Assembly (NCBI GenBank): GCA_965204375.1
Contig: OZ241986.1
Coordinates: forward strand, 3,616,001-3,680,000
Source: Candidatus Latescibacterota bacterium
GTDB lineage: Bacteria; Latescibacterota; UBA2968
Direction: 5' to 3'
DNA length: 64,000 bases
Below, piece after piece: positions 10,586 to 19,185 of this stretch. Each line of letters starts with the position of its first letter. The first letter of the stretch is position 1. The notes under the pieces were generated by a model. It saw only the letters and a program-made list of their open reading frames with translations, made no database searches and was not told the DNA's origin. The translations under genes and the position numbers were made by a program.

Positions 10586-11713
10586 TCATGAAAACTTAGC
10601 AAGAAACTCCTTCACTTGCTGTTCTTCCCAATCAACATAGCCAATCGGATTATTCCAGAATTTTATCCAAGCCATATTAAGTAATGAATGAATTGGATCT
10701 TTGGTTTCGGGACGGGCAATCCTAGTTCCCATTGCTCCAATCCCTTCAAAAGCCAGAATTGTGATTTTGTCCAGTAGTTCATCTGGATAGCAAATTTGGT
10801 ACTCTGGTTGTGGTTTAAATCCTGTGTGCATAGTGAGACATTTCCAAGTATCATCAATCTGTTGGCCTTCTGAAGCAAACCCGAGGTTATCCAATGCCTT
10901 CAAAATTACTGACATCCTGGCGGAATCCGCAGGATGGGATTCGATGCTTAAATCGAAAGGGTTTCCACCCGCCTTGAAAACTGAATGAAGGAATGTCCAA
11001 GCGTAAGCCGGTCCCAGCGTATATGTGCCAAAAAGGTCGCAGAATAATTCTTCTGCCCAAGACTTGGCCCAATAGTTGCGCCATTTTTCCAAAAAAAAAG
11101 ATAGATACACTGGGCCCTTCCTTCTATCCTCACGTAAAGCTCTATTGTTGATATACTCGTGAATATTTCCAAGTGCCTCAGCCAATTTTTGCTGTAATGG
11201 TTCGATGATTTTGTCATTTTGCGATATAAACAATCTATGTGTGAGTTCGTGGTATAGACAAGGAAGGTGTAGAAGAAAATGCCCTTCAACCAATGGGACG
11301 CATAATAGGTTCAATCCCGTTATTATATAAAAAAAATCTTTTGATAACGTAGATACAACAGGACAACTTCCTTTATATTGGATCTCTCTGCAGATTTCAA
11401 AAAGTAGCTTGTTAAGTCGGTGGTCATCGTCGGCTGCTTTGTTTAGTGCAGCTATTCCTGTTGCCTCTATGCTGTTTAGGTCATCCACACATCTTTGAAA
11501 TCTACGAATGCGTACAGGCTGAATTCGTGGGTCTTTCATTCGCTGGTCATCTCTTAAATGCCGCAACATATCTATGCAATGATCAATAACACTTTCACAA
11601 TTTTGTGTCAGAATTTGATAGTCACGCGGCAGACCCCTAGGGATTTTTCCCTTCAATATCTTCGCTCGTTGCTCCAATTGCGCAATCGTTCCCGCCAGAT
11701 ACTCCTCAATCAT
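10586..11713 (-). CDS. HExxH zinc metallopeptidase-like protein
   Basis: YHELTH, downstream EELFCD and SHPADSAR resemble gluzincin/M48-like motifs; start overlaps upstream stop at 11713. Confidence 0.65.
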   Translation of the reverse strand: MIEEYLAGTIAQLEQRAKILKGKIPRGLPRDYQILTQNCESVIDHCIDMLRHLRDDQRMKDPRIQPVRIRRFQRCVDDLNSIEATGIAALNKAADDDHRLNKLLFEICREIQYKGSCPVVSTLSKDFFYIITGLNLLCVPLVEGHFLLHLPCLYHELTHRLFISQNDKIIEPLQQKLAEALGNIHEYINNRALREDRRKGPVYLSFFLEKWRNYWAKSWAEELFCDLFGTYTLGPAYAWTFLHSVFKAGGNPFDLSIESHPADSARMSVILKALDNLGFASEGQQIDDTWKCLTMHTGFKPQPEYQICYPDELLDKITILAFEGIGAMGTRIARPETKDPIHSLLNMAWIKFWNNPIGYVDWEEQQVKEFLAKFS

Positions 11714-12081
11714 TAATTACCTCTCATCCTGGCGTATGCACTAGATCGCTCTTGTTCCACTGCTTGGGCCAAGGTCTCAAGTTGATCAAATTGGTCTTGG
11801 TTGATCTTATTGTTTAGTAATCGTTCGCCTAGGTCTTGCCACTTTGATTGCCATTTTGTTTGAGTTAGACCTGACTTCTCCTGTAAAATTGCAGATAACA
11901 CTTGTGCTGAGAGATCAAGTTTTTTTCTTTCTCCAATAGATTTCAAAACACAACCAAGTTCTTTGACTTTCTCATCCTGATCTATATTACCCGTACTTAG
12001 AGTTACAATAACCTCATCAACAAGCTGTGCAAATTTCCTCATTCTCTCATACATTCCTGAGTGTAATCCTGTATTACTCAT
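11713..12081 (-). CDS. small helical hypothetical protein in the Argonaute operon
   Basis: 122 aa, good RBS (GGAGGATGG), 11 bp from pAgo stop, coupled to the next gene. Confidence 0.75.
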   Translation of the reverse strand: MSNTGLHSGMYERMRKFAQLVDEVIVTLSTGNIDQDEKVKELGCVLKSIGERKKLDLSAQVLSAILQEKSGLTQTKWQSKWQDLGERLLNNKINQDQFDQLETLAQAVEQERSSAYARMRGN

Positions 12082-12092
12082 TTTCCATCCTC

Positions 12093-14456
12093 CTAAATAT
12101 CCAGTGAAAAATCAATTGCTTCTTCGTCATACTCGCTGGCATCTTCACCCAGCCGACGATCTGTTAGTTTGATTGTAATCGGGTCCCGTGTGCAGTCTTC
12201 AGGCCGAGTCCAAGTGAGAGCAGTAAGATAATATACATCCCTTAAGCAGTCTTCAAACGGCATATCTCCGTCAACATATCTGATATGCAACGGTCTTGTT
12301 GTACCTGGATGGAAAAATGCTTTTCCAGTCGTACATAAGTACGCATCTCTATCATCAATGATGTGGTAGCAGCCAACTTGAGGATTTTTAACTTCAAAAT
12401 CATCCCACTTTTTCGTAACATCAAAAAATCTGATGGGGACCGGAGATGTCTTTGAAATTTCCAAAAATGTTACTGTTGAGGATTTGGGTAGGGTACCCTT
12501 TTCCTTAAGCAGGATCAATGCTTCTTGGATACCGTCGATTTCAGATTGAAACAATCTTCCATCTCGATGAATAACAATCCGCTCAATAGGCTTGTCCGCT
12601 ACTTCGGCTTCCTTACTTATTAGTTTGAATAAGAAGGTTTTGACCTGCGGTTTTCCCAGCTTTTCCCTATGTCTGGAGCGTGATACTTCCGTCCTAATCC
12701 TTGCTCCCATGTTTCCGACGAGAGTGAAACCCGCCGTACTATGTTTTGCGTCGATTCCAATGGTCAAATCTGCTTCGAGTGGTGTAGCTAAGACAAATGG
12801 CCAATTTTCATTAGTTAGAAGAATTTTATTGAGTACTACACCGCGGATATAGCCTCTCAATTTGCCAGCCTTCTTAGGATTTGGTTCATACACATCAATA
12901 CCATTCTTTGATATAAGATCATAACATTCTTGGCCTACGGCAGAGTGATTGACAGCGACCCGCAAATCGTAATCGCGTTCCAAGCGATTTATTATCATCG
13001 CACCTAATTGATCGTGTTCGCGGAATTTTTGATCCCTAGTGTGATGTAACATCACGAGCATATGTCCGCTCAGTTGTCCTTCTTCTTCGATCGCAGTAAG
13101 TATAGATTTGCCTTGTGCGACGAATGTTCTTGGTCCACCATCGGGATAGGTGATGATCTTTGGTGCGTAGGGTGGCAAGACTTGATTATCCGATTTACCA
13201 AGACAATCAGCCACACAATTCTGAATATCTGTGGTATATTTTTCTCCCCAACTTTTTTCTACGGATTCTGGTAGGACAAGATACTGTTGTCCAAGGGGAG
13301 CCTTGTCATAGAATCCAACTGATTGATCAGCTAATAGATCTAATCGAACACGTCCAATATTATCAAGGCTGACTTGCTGAGCTTGTGGTGTTCCACTCAC
13401 AGATACAATGTGACCTTCACCAAACTCATAATCGGGAATTTGAAACATTGCTTGCGGGATAGTGATCTGTGTCGAAGACAATCTGACAGGAACATCACCG
13501 AATTTCAAGCTTGATAGGTATTTTGCTGTAAATTTGTGAATCTTTGATCGTCTGACTTTCGGATGTGGCACAACCAGTTTGTGGTTATGTCGAACTGCAG
13601 AATGTCTGTTATCTAAAATCGCATAACATAGTCCGGTCGGAACTGCCCTGGGTTCGCCTTTATTGGTTCTATATATTGCAACAGATGAATCGTGCAGGAG
13701 GTTAGTAACCTCCTTTGGCAAAGGTTGTGGCGCATGTTTAAGGATATATTCTCTGAGATTATAATTTTTCCCGTCCTTTACAATTGGATACGTAGAAATA
13801 TCGAGATCGTGTAACTCATCTAATTTTACATCATACCAGCTACGTCCAAAATGGTAAACAAACCGGCTACCAGCATATTTCCGGAATTTGTCTCTTGACA
13901 GGTGCAATGGAAGTGAAGTGTTACTGACGAATTTTCCTCTAAAATCGACACACAAACCTATACCGCCATTTGGTGTTACAATTGCCCTAAATGCAAATCC
14001 CTGAAAAAAATCAATGTCTCCGATACGGCGAGTTGGGTTTCTTTCATAAAAAGGAGTACCACTGCCCAATTGCCATAGGGCCCTATTTTTCCAAACTTCA
14101 CTTTGCAAAGCAAAATTGAGGAACCGGAGACAGATATCATCATTGTTCACAGATCTTTCTGTAAAATCTATTGGTAATACACCTACTTTTTCAAATATCA
14201 CAACAGTACGAACGAGGTCGTAGGGAGATGGGGGTTCAGGACCACGTTCGGATAACACAAGATGGGGAATACCTTCAATTTCAATAATTATTGCGGAAGT
14301 TCGCAATTGAAAGCTGATCTGCCTGACAATCTGTGCCTTATTTTGAAAGTATTCGTCTTGATTTCTATCTAAATTTAGAATCTTATACAAACGATATCGA
14401 GCAGAAAACTCTGCTATGTTTTCAATGTTAAAGATGTTTGTTTCAAGGCCTTTCAT
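12093..14456 (-). CDS. ago: long prokaryotic Argonaute (PIWI domain, putative DEDD tetrad)
   Basis: 787 aa; PIWI motifs IGIDAKH, REKL, IVIHRDGR, EISK, GTTRPL, DVYYLTALTW, RDPITIKLTD. Confidence 0.9.
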   Translation of the reverse strand: MKGLETNIFNIENIAEFSARYRLYKILNLDRNQDEYFQNKAQIVRQISFQLRTSAIIIEIEGIPHLVLSERGPEPPSPYDLVRTVVIFEKVGVLPIDFTERSVNNDDICLRFLNFALQSEVWKNRALWQLGSGTPFYERNPTRRIGDIDFFQGFAFRAIVTPNGGIGLCVDFRGKFVSNTSLPLHLSRDKFRKYAGSRFVYHFGRSWYDVKLDELHDLDISTYPIVKDGKNYNLREYILKHAPQPLPKEVTNLLHDSSVAIYRTNKGEPRAVPTGLCYAILDNRHSAVRHNHKLVVPHPKVRRSKIHKFTAKYLSSLKFGDVPVRLSSTQITIPQAMFQIPDYEFGEGHIVSVSGTPQAQQVSLDNIGRVRLDLLADQSVGFYDKAPLGQQYLVLPESVEKSWGEKYTTDIQNCVADCLGKSDNQVLPPYAPKIITYPDGGPRTFVAQGKSILTAIEEEGQLSGHMLVMLHHTRDQKFREHDQLGAMIINRLERDYDLRVAVNHSAVGQECYDLISKNGIDVYEPNPKKAGKLRGYIRGVVLNKILLTNENWPFVLATPLEADLTIGIDAKHSTAGFTLVGNMGARIRTEVSRSRHREKLGKPQVKTFLFKLISKEAEVADKPIERIVIHRDGRLFQSEIDGIQEALILLKEKGTLPKSSTVTFLEISKTSPVPIRFFDVTKKWDDFEVKNPQVGCYHIIDDRDAYLCTTGKAFFHPGTTRPLHIRYVDGDMPFEDCLRDVYYLTALTWTRPEDCTRDPITIKLTDRRLGEDASEYDEEAIDFSLDI

Positions 14457-15378
14457 AGTTATCCTCCCAACATATCATTTTAAATTTGCACCTTTGACAA
14501 TTACCAGGGTAGATAGTGACGTCAAAATCTTCAGGTTTGAGATCCGAAGGCTTGTTATTATCGACCGCGGAGACCATATCATTAATACTTTTCCCGATAT
14601 AATCTTCTAACTTGTGAATATCTTCTTCTGTGAGTTGATACTCTCTCAGAGTGTTTGTCAGTAATTGCACTTCTGCTAGTTCGATATCGGTTTCAGCCCA
14701 CCTATCAAGAGAGGGAAAATATGAGTGAGGTTTGCATCTTTTGAGTGCTAGAGCATAGACTCCCAACTGCAACCAAGCTTCTTGTAGGGCAAATGTATGC
14801 ACTTTCCAATCGACAATTAGCGGGGCACGATTATTGTAGAAGGCCAGTACGTCAGGAATAGCTCGAACTGTATTCTCGAAGAAAGGGAACTGTAGAATCC
14901 TCTGTGCAAATAGTCCGTCTGCTTGAGCTAACTTTTGTAGCAGGACTTCCTGACTATATAGATTCTCAATGGCCTGCAAGACTTCAATTCTGGCTTTATC
15001 TAATTGATCTGTTGGGATTGAACCATCATAGACTATCGCTTGAAATGCCACAAAATCTGGATCTTTGAGGTTAGTAGTAGGAGAAAGTAGATCATTTTCC
15101 AACCCAAATTTTAACTGTTTTTCGAGTTGATGTACCGCTTCGTTTTGTAGTTGATCCTTTGAAGGCACACGCTTATATCTTAGCCCTTTAAGTAGGGATT
15201 CTGATAAGACTTCATCAACTATTAACCCTCTCCAAGCACTGACCGAAACTAATTTTGACAAGCGATAAGCTAAATGCCGGTCAGGAGACTTAGCTCTTGC
15301 ATTTGCAAATGTCTTCTGAAAGAACCATTTTCTTGGACAACCTCGGAAATTATAGTTGTCCGAAACTGACCATATCAT
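14443..15378 (-). CDS. Cas4/AddB-like PD-(D/E)xK nuclease with predicted Fe-S cluster
   Basis: N-terminal CPRKW, IPD..., IVDWK, QLGVY and C-terminal CQRCKFKMIC (1+3 Cys pattern). Confidence 0.85.
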   Translation of the reverse strand: MIWSVSDNYNFRGCPRKWFFQKTFANARAKSPDRHLAYRLSKLVSVSAWRGLIVDEVLSESLLKGLRYKRVPSKDQLQNEAVHQLEKQLKFGLENDLLSPTTNLKDPDFVAFQAIVYDGSIPTDQLDKARIEVLQAIENLYSQEVLLQKLAQADGLFAQRILQFPFFENTVRAIPDVLAFYNNRAPLIVDWKVHTFALQEAWLQLGVYALALKRCKPHSYFPSLDRWAETDIELAEVQLLTNTLREYQLTEEDIHKLEDYIGKSINDMVSAVDNNKPSDLKPEDFDVTIYPGNCQRCKFKMICWEDNYERP

Positions 15379-15731
15379 TATTCCTTCCTCCGATTTTTTT
15401 TTAATCGTAAAAAGTCCAAATACTCAATCAGCGCTTCCTGTTCTTCTTCACTTGTTGCTCCGAGTCTTGCAACGAATGCTGTTTCCTTATTTTGTTCTTG
15501 ATGATCGGGCATTGGGTATCCTGCCATTGTCATTATCGAAGCATATGGCACCTGATACAATTCGCTCAACTTAAACAGAATTTTGGGAGAAGGAGTACGG
15601 ATTTTGCCACTTTCTAATTGGCTAAGGTAAGCATTGGAAATTTCGGTTTCTTTTTCAACTGCTCTGAGAGTGTAGTTTTTCGATTGTCTCATAGACTTCA
15701 GGTGTGCTCCGAGTTCGTTTAAGTCAGGCAT
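15378..15731 (-). CDS. XRE-family HTH transcriptional regulator
   Basis: LKSMRQSKNYTLRAVEKETEISNAYLSQLESGKIRTPS; RBS AGGAGAG before ATG 15731. Confidence 0.92.
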   Translation of the reverse strand: MPDLNELGAHLKSMRQSKNYTLRAVEKETEISNAYLSQLESGKIRTPSPKILFKLSELYQVPYASIMTMAGYPMPDHQEQNKETAFVARLGATSEEEQEALIEYLDFLRLKKNRRKE

Positions 15732-15770
15732 GTTTTCTCTCCTGCTGATCGTTTGATTCAACAATTCTTT

Positions 15771-15808
15771 TGCTAATTATATCAAGCATTGCTAAATTTG
15801 TCAAGCAT
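15771..15808 (-). promoter_or_regulatory. consensus sigma70 promoter overlapped by two TGCT-N10-AGCA operators
   Basis: Minus strand reads TTGACA (15804-15799), 17 bp spacer, TATAAT (15781-15776); palindromes at 15771-15788 and 15790-15807. Confidence 0.85.
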
Positions 15809-16097
15809 TTCAGATAAAAAATTTTCGATTCCTAAAATCATTTAAACTCTAACTTCATATTTTACATACTATTTGACTGAGGTATATTAGTTGGAAAAAA
15901 GGATACTGTTGCGAGAATTTTGAGTCTTGATGCCTTTTTGTTTGACATTCGACTTCGGTTCATATACATTTCAAATCCAATGGGGACTTGGTTTCCTGCT
16001 CTCCGGGAAAATTAGAGGATACATCTCCGGATTTTGTAGAAATGGTCTTAAAAAAAGCATTCCAGAAATAGACTAAAGACAATAAGTTAAATTGGGT

Positions 16098-16174
16098 GGG
16101 CGATTAGCTCAGGTGGTTAGAGTGCTTGCTTGACATGCAAGAGGTCACTGGTTCAAGTCCAGTATCGCCCACCA
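16098..16174 (+). tRNA. tRNA-Val(GAC)
   Basis: 77-nt cloverleaf: GGGCGAT/ATCGCCC acceptor stem, CTTGC-TTGACAT-GCAAG anticodon arm, GGTTCAAGTCC T arm, encoded CCA. Confidence 0.97.
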
Positions 16175-16182
16175 TTAAAAAC

Positions 16183-16216
16183 AATGGGTTACGCAAATTG
16201 ATGCGTAACCCATTTT
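16183..16216 (+). terminator. intrinsic terminator after tRNA-Val
   Basis: 13-bp stem AATGGGTTACGCA/TGCGTAACCCATT followed by T residues. Confidence 0.8.
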
Positions 16217-16260
16217 CCTTTGATGCCCATCTGGATGCAGTCTTTCAAGGAATTCTGAAC

Positions 16261-16896
16261 ATGAAACGAATCGGTATTCTGGCCTACGGCTCTCTAATAG
16301 ACAATCCGGGTCCAGAACTGGGACCGAACACGGTTGCAAAAATCAAAGGTGTCAATACGCCATTCAGGGTTGAATTCGCCCGGAAGAGCCGAAGCCGCAA
16401 TTATGCACCCACTTTAGTTCCGGTTGCTGAGAGTGGTGCTTCCGTTAAAGGCGTTATACTCATATTGAGAGACGGCATATCTGAAACAGAAGCTAAAAAT
16501 ATGCTCTGGCGCCGGGAAGTGAACCGTTTTGACACTCGGAAAATTTACCAACCCTATGCAAACCCCGGTGACAATAAGGTGTATGTGGAAGCGCTGGAAC
16601 ATTTCAAGGGTATCGATGTGGTTTATTACGTCCGAATTGCCTCTAATATCCAACCCTTGACACCAGCACGCCTGGCAAAGCTGGCTATTCAAAGCGTCAG
16701 CTTAAAAAAGAAAAACCAGGGGCGAGATGGCATTAGCTACCTGAACAATGCAAAAGCAAACGGTATTCAAACGCCCCTCATGTCCGCATACGAACTGGAG
16801 ATTCTACAGCGGATGAACGCAAAAAATCTCGCAGAAGCCTTGTCCTCGCAAATCAACCTGTTGAAAGAAAATGCTGGATCATCTCACGCTCCGTAG
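16261..16896 (+). CDS. gamma-glutamylcyclotransferase/ChaC-like protein
   Basis: MKRIGILAYGSLI N-terminal motif, PTLVP, RE; ORF-track start lies inside the tRNA so it was trimmed to ATG 16261. Confidence 0.7.
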   Translation: MKRIGILAYGSLIDNPGPELGPNTVAKIKGVNTPFRVEFARKSRSRNYAPTLVPVAESGASVKGVILILRDGISETEAKNMLWRREVNRFDTRKIYQPYANPGDNKVYVEALEHFKGIDVVYYVRIASNIQPLTPARLAKLAIQSVSLKKKNQGRDGISYLNNAKANGIQTPLMSAYELEILQRMNAKNLAEALSSQINLLKENAGSSHAP

Positions 16897-16897
16897 G

Positions 16898-17716
16898 TTA
16901 ATCCCCTTCAGAAAGTATTTCAGCAATTTTATCCAGATATGCTTTCAGGGACAAACCGTGACTTCTTGCCAGAATCCCCAGCGTATCCACTTTTGTCCGT
17001 TCTCCCTTTTCGATTCTGCGCACATGGCGTTCCGAAAGGCCCTGAATATCGGCTTGCTTAAGCCCACACTGTTTTCGAAATGCGGCAACAGCCTCTCCGA
17101 ACCGAATGTCAGACATCAATCTTTCCCGATCCTTTTGCTCCCGCCACATATCATCTTTCAGGTAGCGAACAGCATCCAGGTCGATGTGTACATCAGCCTC
17201 AGGCCAGTGAATATAACTGCCTTCGCTGGAGATGGTAAATGAAGAACGCTGTTTTTCTGGTATGCTCTCGAATGCGAGCATTTCATCAAACCCAACTCTG
17301 AACAAGGTATGATCACAGGCCACGACAAAAAGCTCATCATCAATAACCTGTGCAGTGGCAATTAGCTGATCCGGACATCCAAGACTCCAGGCCGTAAGCA
17401 CGCGCTTTGGCACATCCTTATCTGAATGCACAAGAATGTTTCGGGTCATTCTCAGTTTAGCTGCATAAAGCATCTGCGGTAAAAACTGAGCATTGTGGTC
17501 TTCCCGGACAAAAAGGGTTCGAAGATGGTTTCGGTGATTGGCAGCACGCACAAATTCAGTAACAACAGGCAGATCGGGAACAGAAGTGAGCACAAAAATA
17601 TCCCGAGAATTTATCCTTCCCAAGTCTGGCTTCCGAAAAACCCTGAAAGAACGCGGAATGATGTCATCGCTGAATGGGTCTTGAGCCCAGACGGTCATAT
17701 TAGCAGTCTTTGACAT
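16898..17716 (-). CDS. DUF2442 + XRE HTH antitoxin-like protein
   Basis: FTISSEGSYIHWPEADVHID (DUF2442-like) and C-terminal HTH (RKQCGLKQADIQGLSERHVRRIEKGE); RBS AAGGAG before ATG 17716. Confidence 0.75.
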   Translation of the reverse strand: MSKTANMTVWAQDPFSDDIIPRSFRVFRKPDLGRINSRDIFVLTSVPDLPVVTEFVRAANHRNHLRTLFVREDHNAQFLPQMLYAAKLRMTRNILVHSDKDVPKRVLTAWSLGCPDQLIATAQVIDDELFVVACDHTLFRVGFDEMLAFESIPEKQRSSFTISSEGSYIHWPEADVHIDLDAVRYLKDDMWREQKDRERLMSDIRFGEAVAAFRKQCGLKQADIQGLSERHVRRIEKGERTKVDTLGILARSHGLSLKAYLDKIAEILSEGD

Positions 17717-17718
17717 AC

Positions 17719-17997
17719 TTAGCTCCTTGTATCCACTTTGGCTTCCCACTCGGCATAAAGCGCGTCTCGATATTGAAGCACCAGATTTAAAAGCTCCCGG
17801 CACTCTTTGCCCGAAGGACCCGATCCAGAGGGAGGAAACTTCACATTGAAAACCAAATTGCTGCGTTTACACGCACGAAAAAAGACGCGGATCTCCCATT
17901 TGTCTGGTTTGCGGGCGTGAAAATGAGGCGGTTCGTGATCCGAGGAATTGAACCATAGGTCCACACCCGCCATATGAAAACAATCCAATTTGCCCAA
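17719..17997 (-). CDS. DUF4160 family protein (toxin-like)
   Basis: FNSSDHEPPHFHA motif; probable TTG start after AGGAG; paired with the DUF2442 gene. Confidence 0.8.
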   Translation of the reverse strand: MGKLDCFHMAGVDLWFNSSDHEPPHFHARKPDKWEIRVFFRACKRSNLVFNVKFPPSGSGPSGKECRELLNLVLQYRDALYAEWEAKVDTRS

Positions 17998-18293
17998 AAG
18001 ACCGCTCCTTTTTCTGTACAAAGAAGATACCCAATACCGGACAATTTGGCAATATCATAAATGCCTAAAAATGTCCGATCGAATCTGGTCACAATAACAT
18101 TCCGATCAACACACTTAGTCAGAACAATATCTAATCCCTTTGTCCCATACCTGTTCCACCTTTTTAAGCATATACCAGACTTGTAGTTGTGGAAATTCAT
18201 CTTGCAGCCATTGGTTCACAAAGCTACATTTACTTAGATTTTTCAATCGTTCTACACGCTCGCTTAGAATTGGATATGACAGGAGCATCAAAA

Positions 18294-19106
18294 ATGGCAG
18301 ATAATATACCAATCGAACACCGGTTCCATTTTGACCTGAGCGGCTTTCTGATCCTTCGCAATATATTGACACCCGAAGAATGCGAAACCACTCTAAATGT
18401 CCTGTCTGATTTGGAAAGCCGGACATACAAAGATGAATGGATGGCTTCTGCACCCAATTTTGGGAGACCAAAACCACTACCCACATGTGATAAGAGCCGA
18501 GAATTTCAGACCCGTTTGAATGGTCTTTTACGGCTTAATCCCGTCTTTGACCTGATGATCGCACATCCAAAAGTCGTGCCTTATCTGAAGGCATTTATGG
18601 GCGAACCTCAACTCATCAACACCTGGTCGATTTCTAAATTCAAGGGCGCGCAACAGGGTGGGTGGCATCGCGGTGTACCAACGACGGATTACAGTTATCG
18701 AAACGGTGATATTCGTTCTCGGATGCTCAATACCGTGTATTTTTTAACAGATAATGGACCCGACGACGGGTGTGTGGTGGCTGTACCGGGTTCACATAAG
18801 AGCAATTTTGATCTGAGCTGGCAAGAATATCAGGGATTGGATCTTCCGGGTGCCGTCGCAGTAACGGGTAAGGCAGGCGATGTCTTACTCTTTTCCGAGA
18901 CCGTCATCCACAATGGACTGCCCAAGACCACAGAACCAGTGCGATCCAATCTGTATTTCAACTACACACACGCGCATTACAATGTGATGATGCGTGAGCC
19001 GCCAAATGGATACCACAGATGTGTTCCGCCAGAGATCCGCGAGCGATTCAATGAAGCGCAAAAAGCGATGACGCGATGGATGGAATTGGCAAGGTGGGAT
19101 GTGTAG
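18294..19106 (+). CDS. phytanoyl-CoA dioxygenase (PhyH) family protein
   Basis: GFLILRNILT, WHRG, YFLTD.GPDDG...VPGSHK, AGDVLLF...HNG. Confidence 0.88.
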   Translation: MADNIPIEHRFHFDLSGFLILRNILTPEECETTLNVLSDLESRTYKDEWMASAPNFGRPKPLPTCDKSREFQTRLNGLLRLNPVFDLMIAHPKVVPYLKAFMGEPQLINTWSISKFKGAQQGGWHRGVPTTDYSYRNGDIRSRMLNTVYFLTDNGPDDGCVVAVPGSHKSNFDLSWQEYQGLDLPGAVAVTGKAGDVLLFSETVIHNGLPKTTEPVRSNLYFNYTHAHYNVMMREPPNGYHRCVPPEIRERFNEAQKAMTRWMELARWDV

Positions 19107-19185
19107 CACTGCGTTTGCAATGAAGGGGTGCGGCCCATTGTTGCCTTAAATTCTGGGCGAAAGCCCACAAACGGAAGAATCACAT

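Noticed and set aside
14443-15378. CRISPR-Cas locus suggested by the Cas4-like gene
   Set aside because: No repeat-spacer array, cas1 or cas2 seen in the window; the gene is coupled to pAgo.
16126-16260. N-terminal extension of the 256-aa ORF, and similar ORFs at 36062-36383
   Set aside because: These are translations of tRNA and terminator sequence, not coding.
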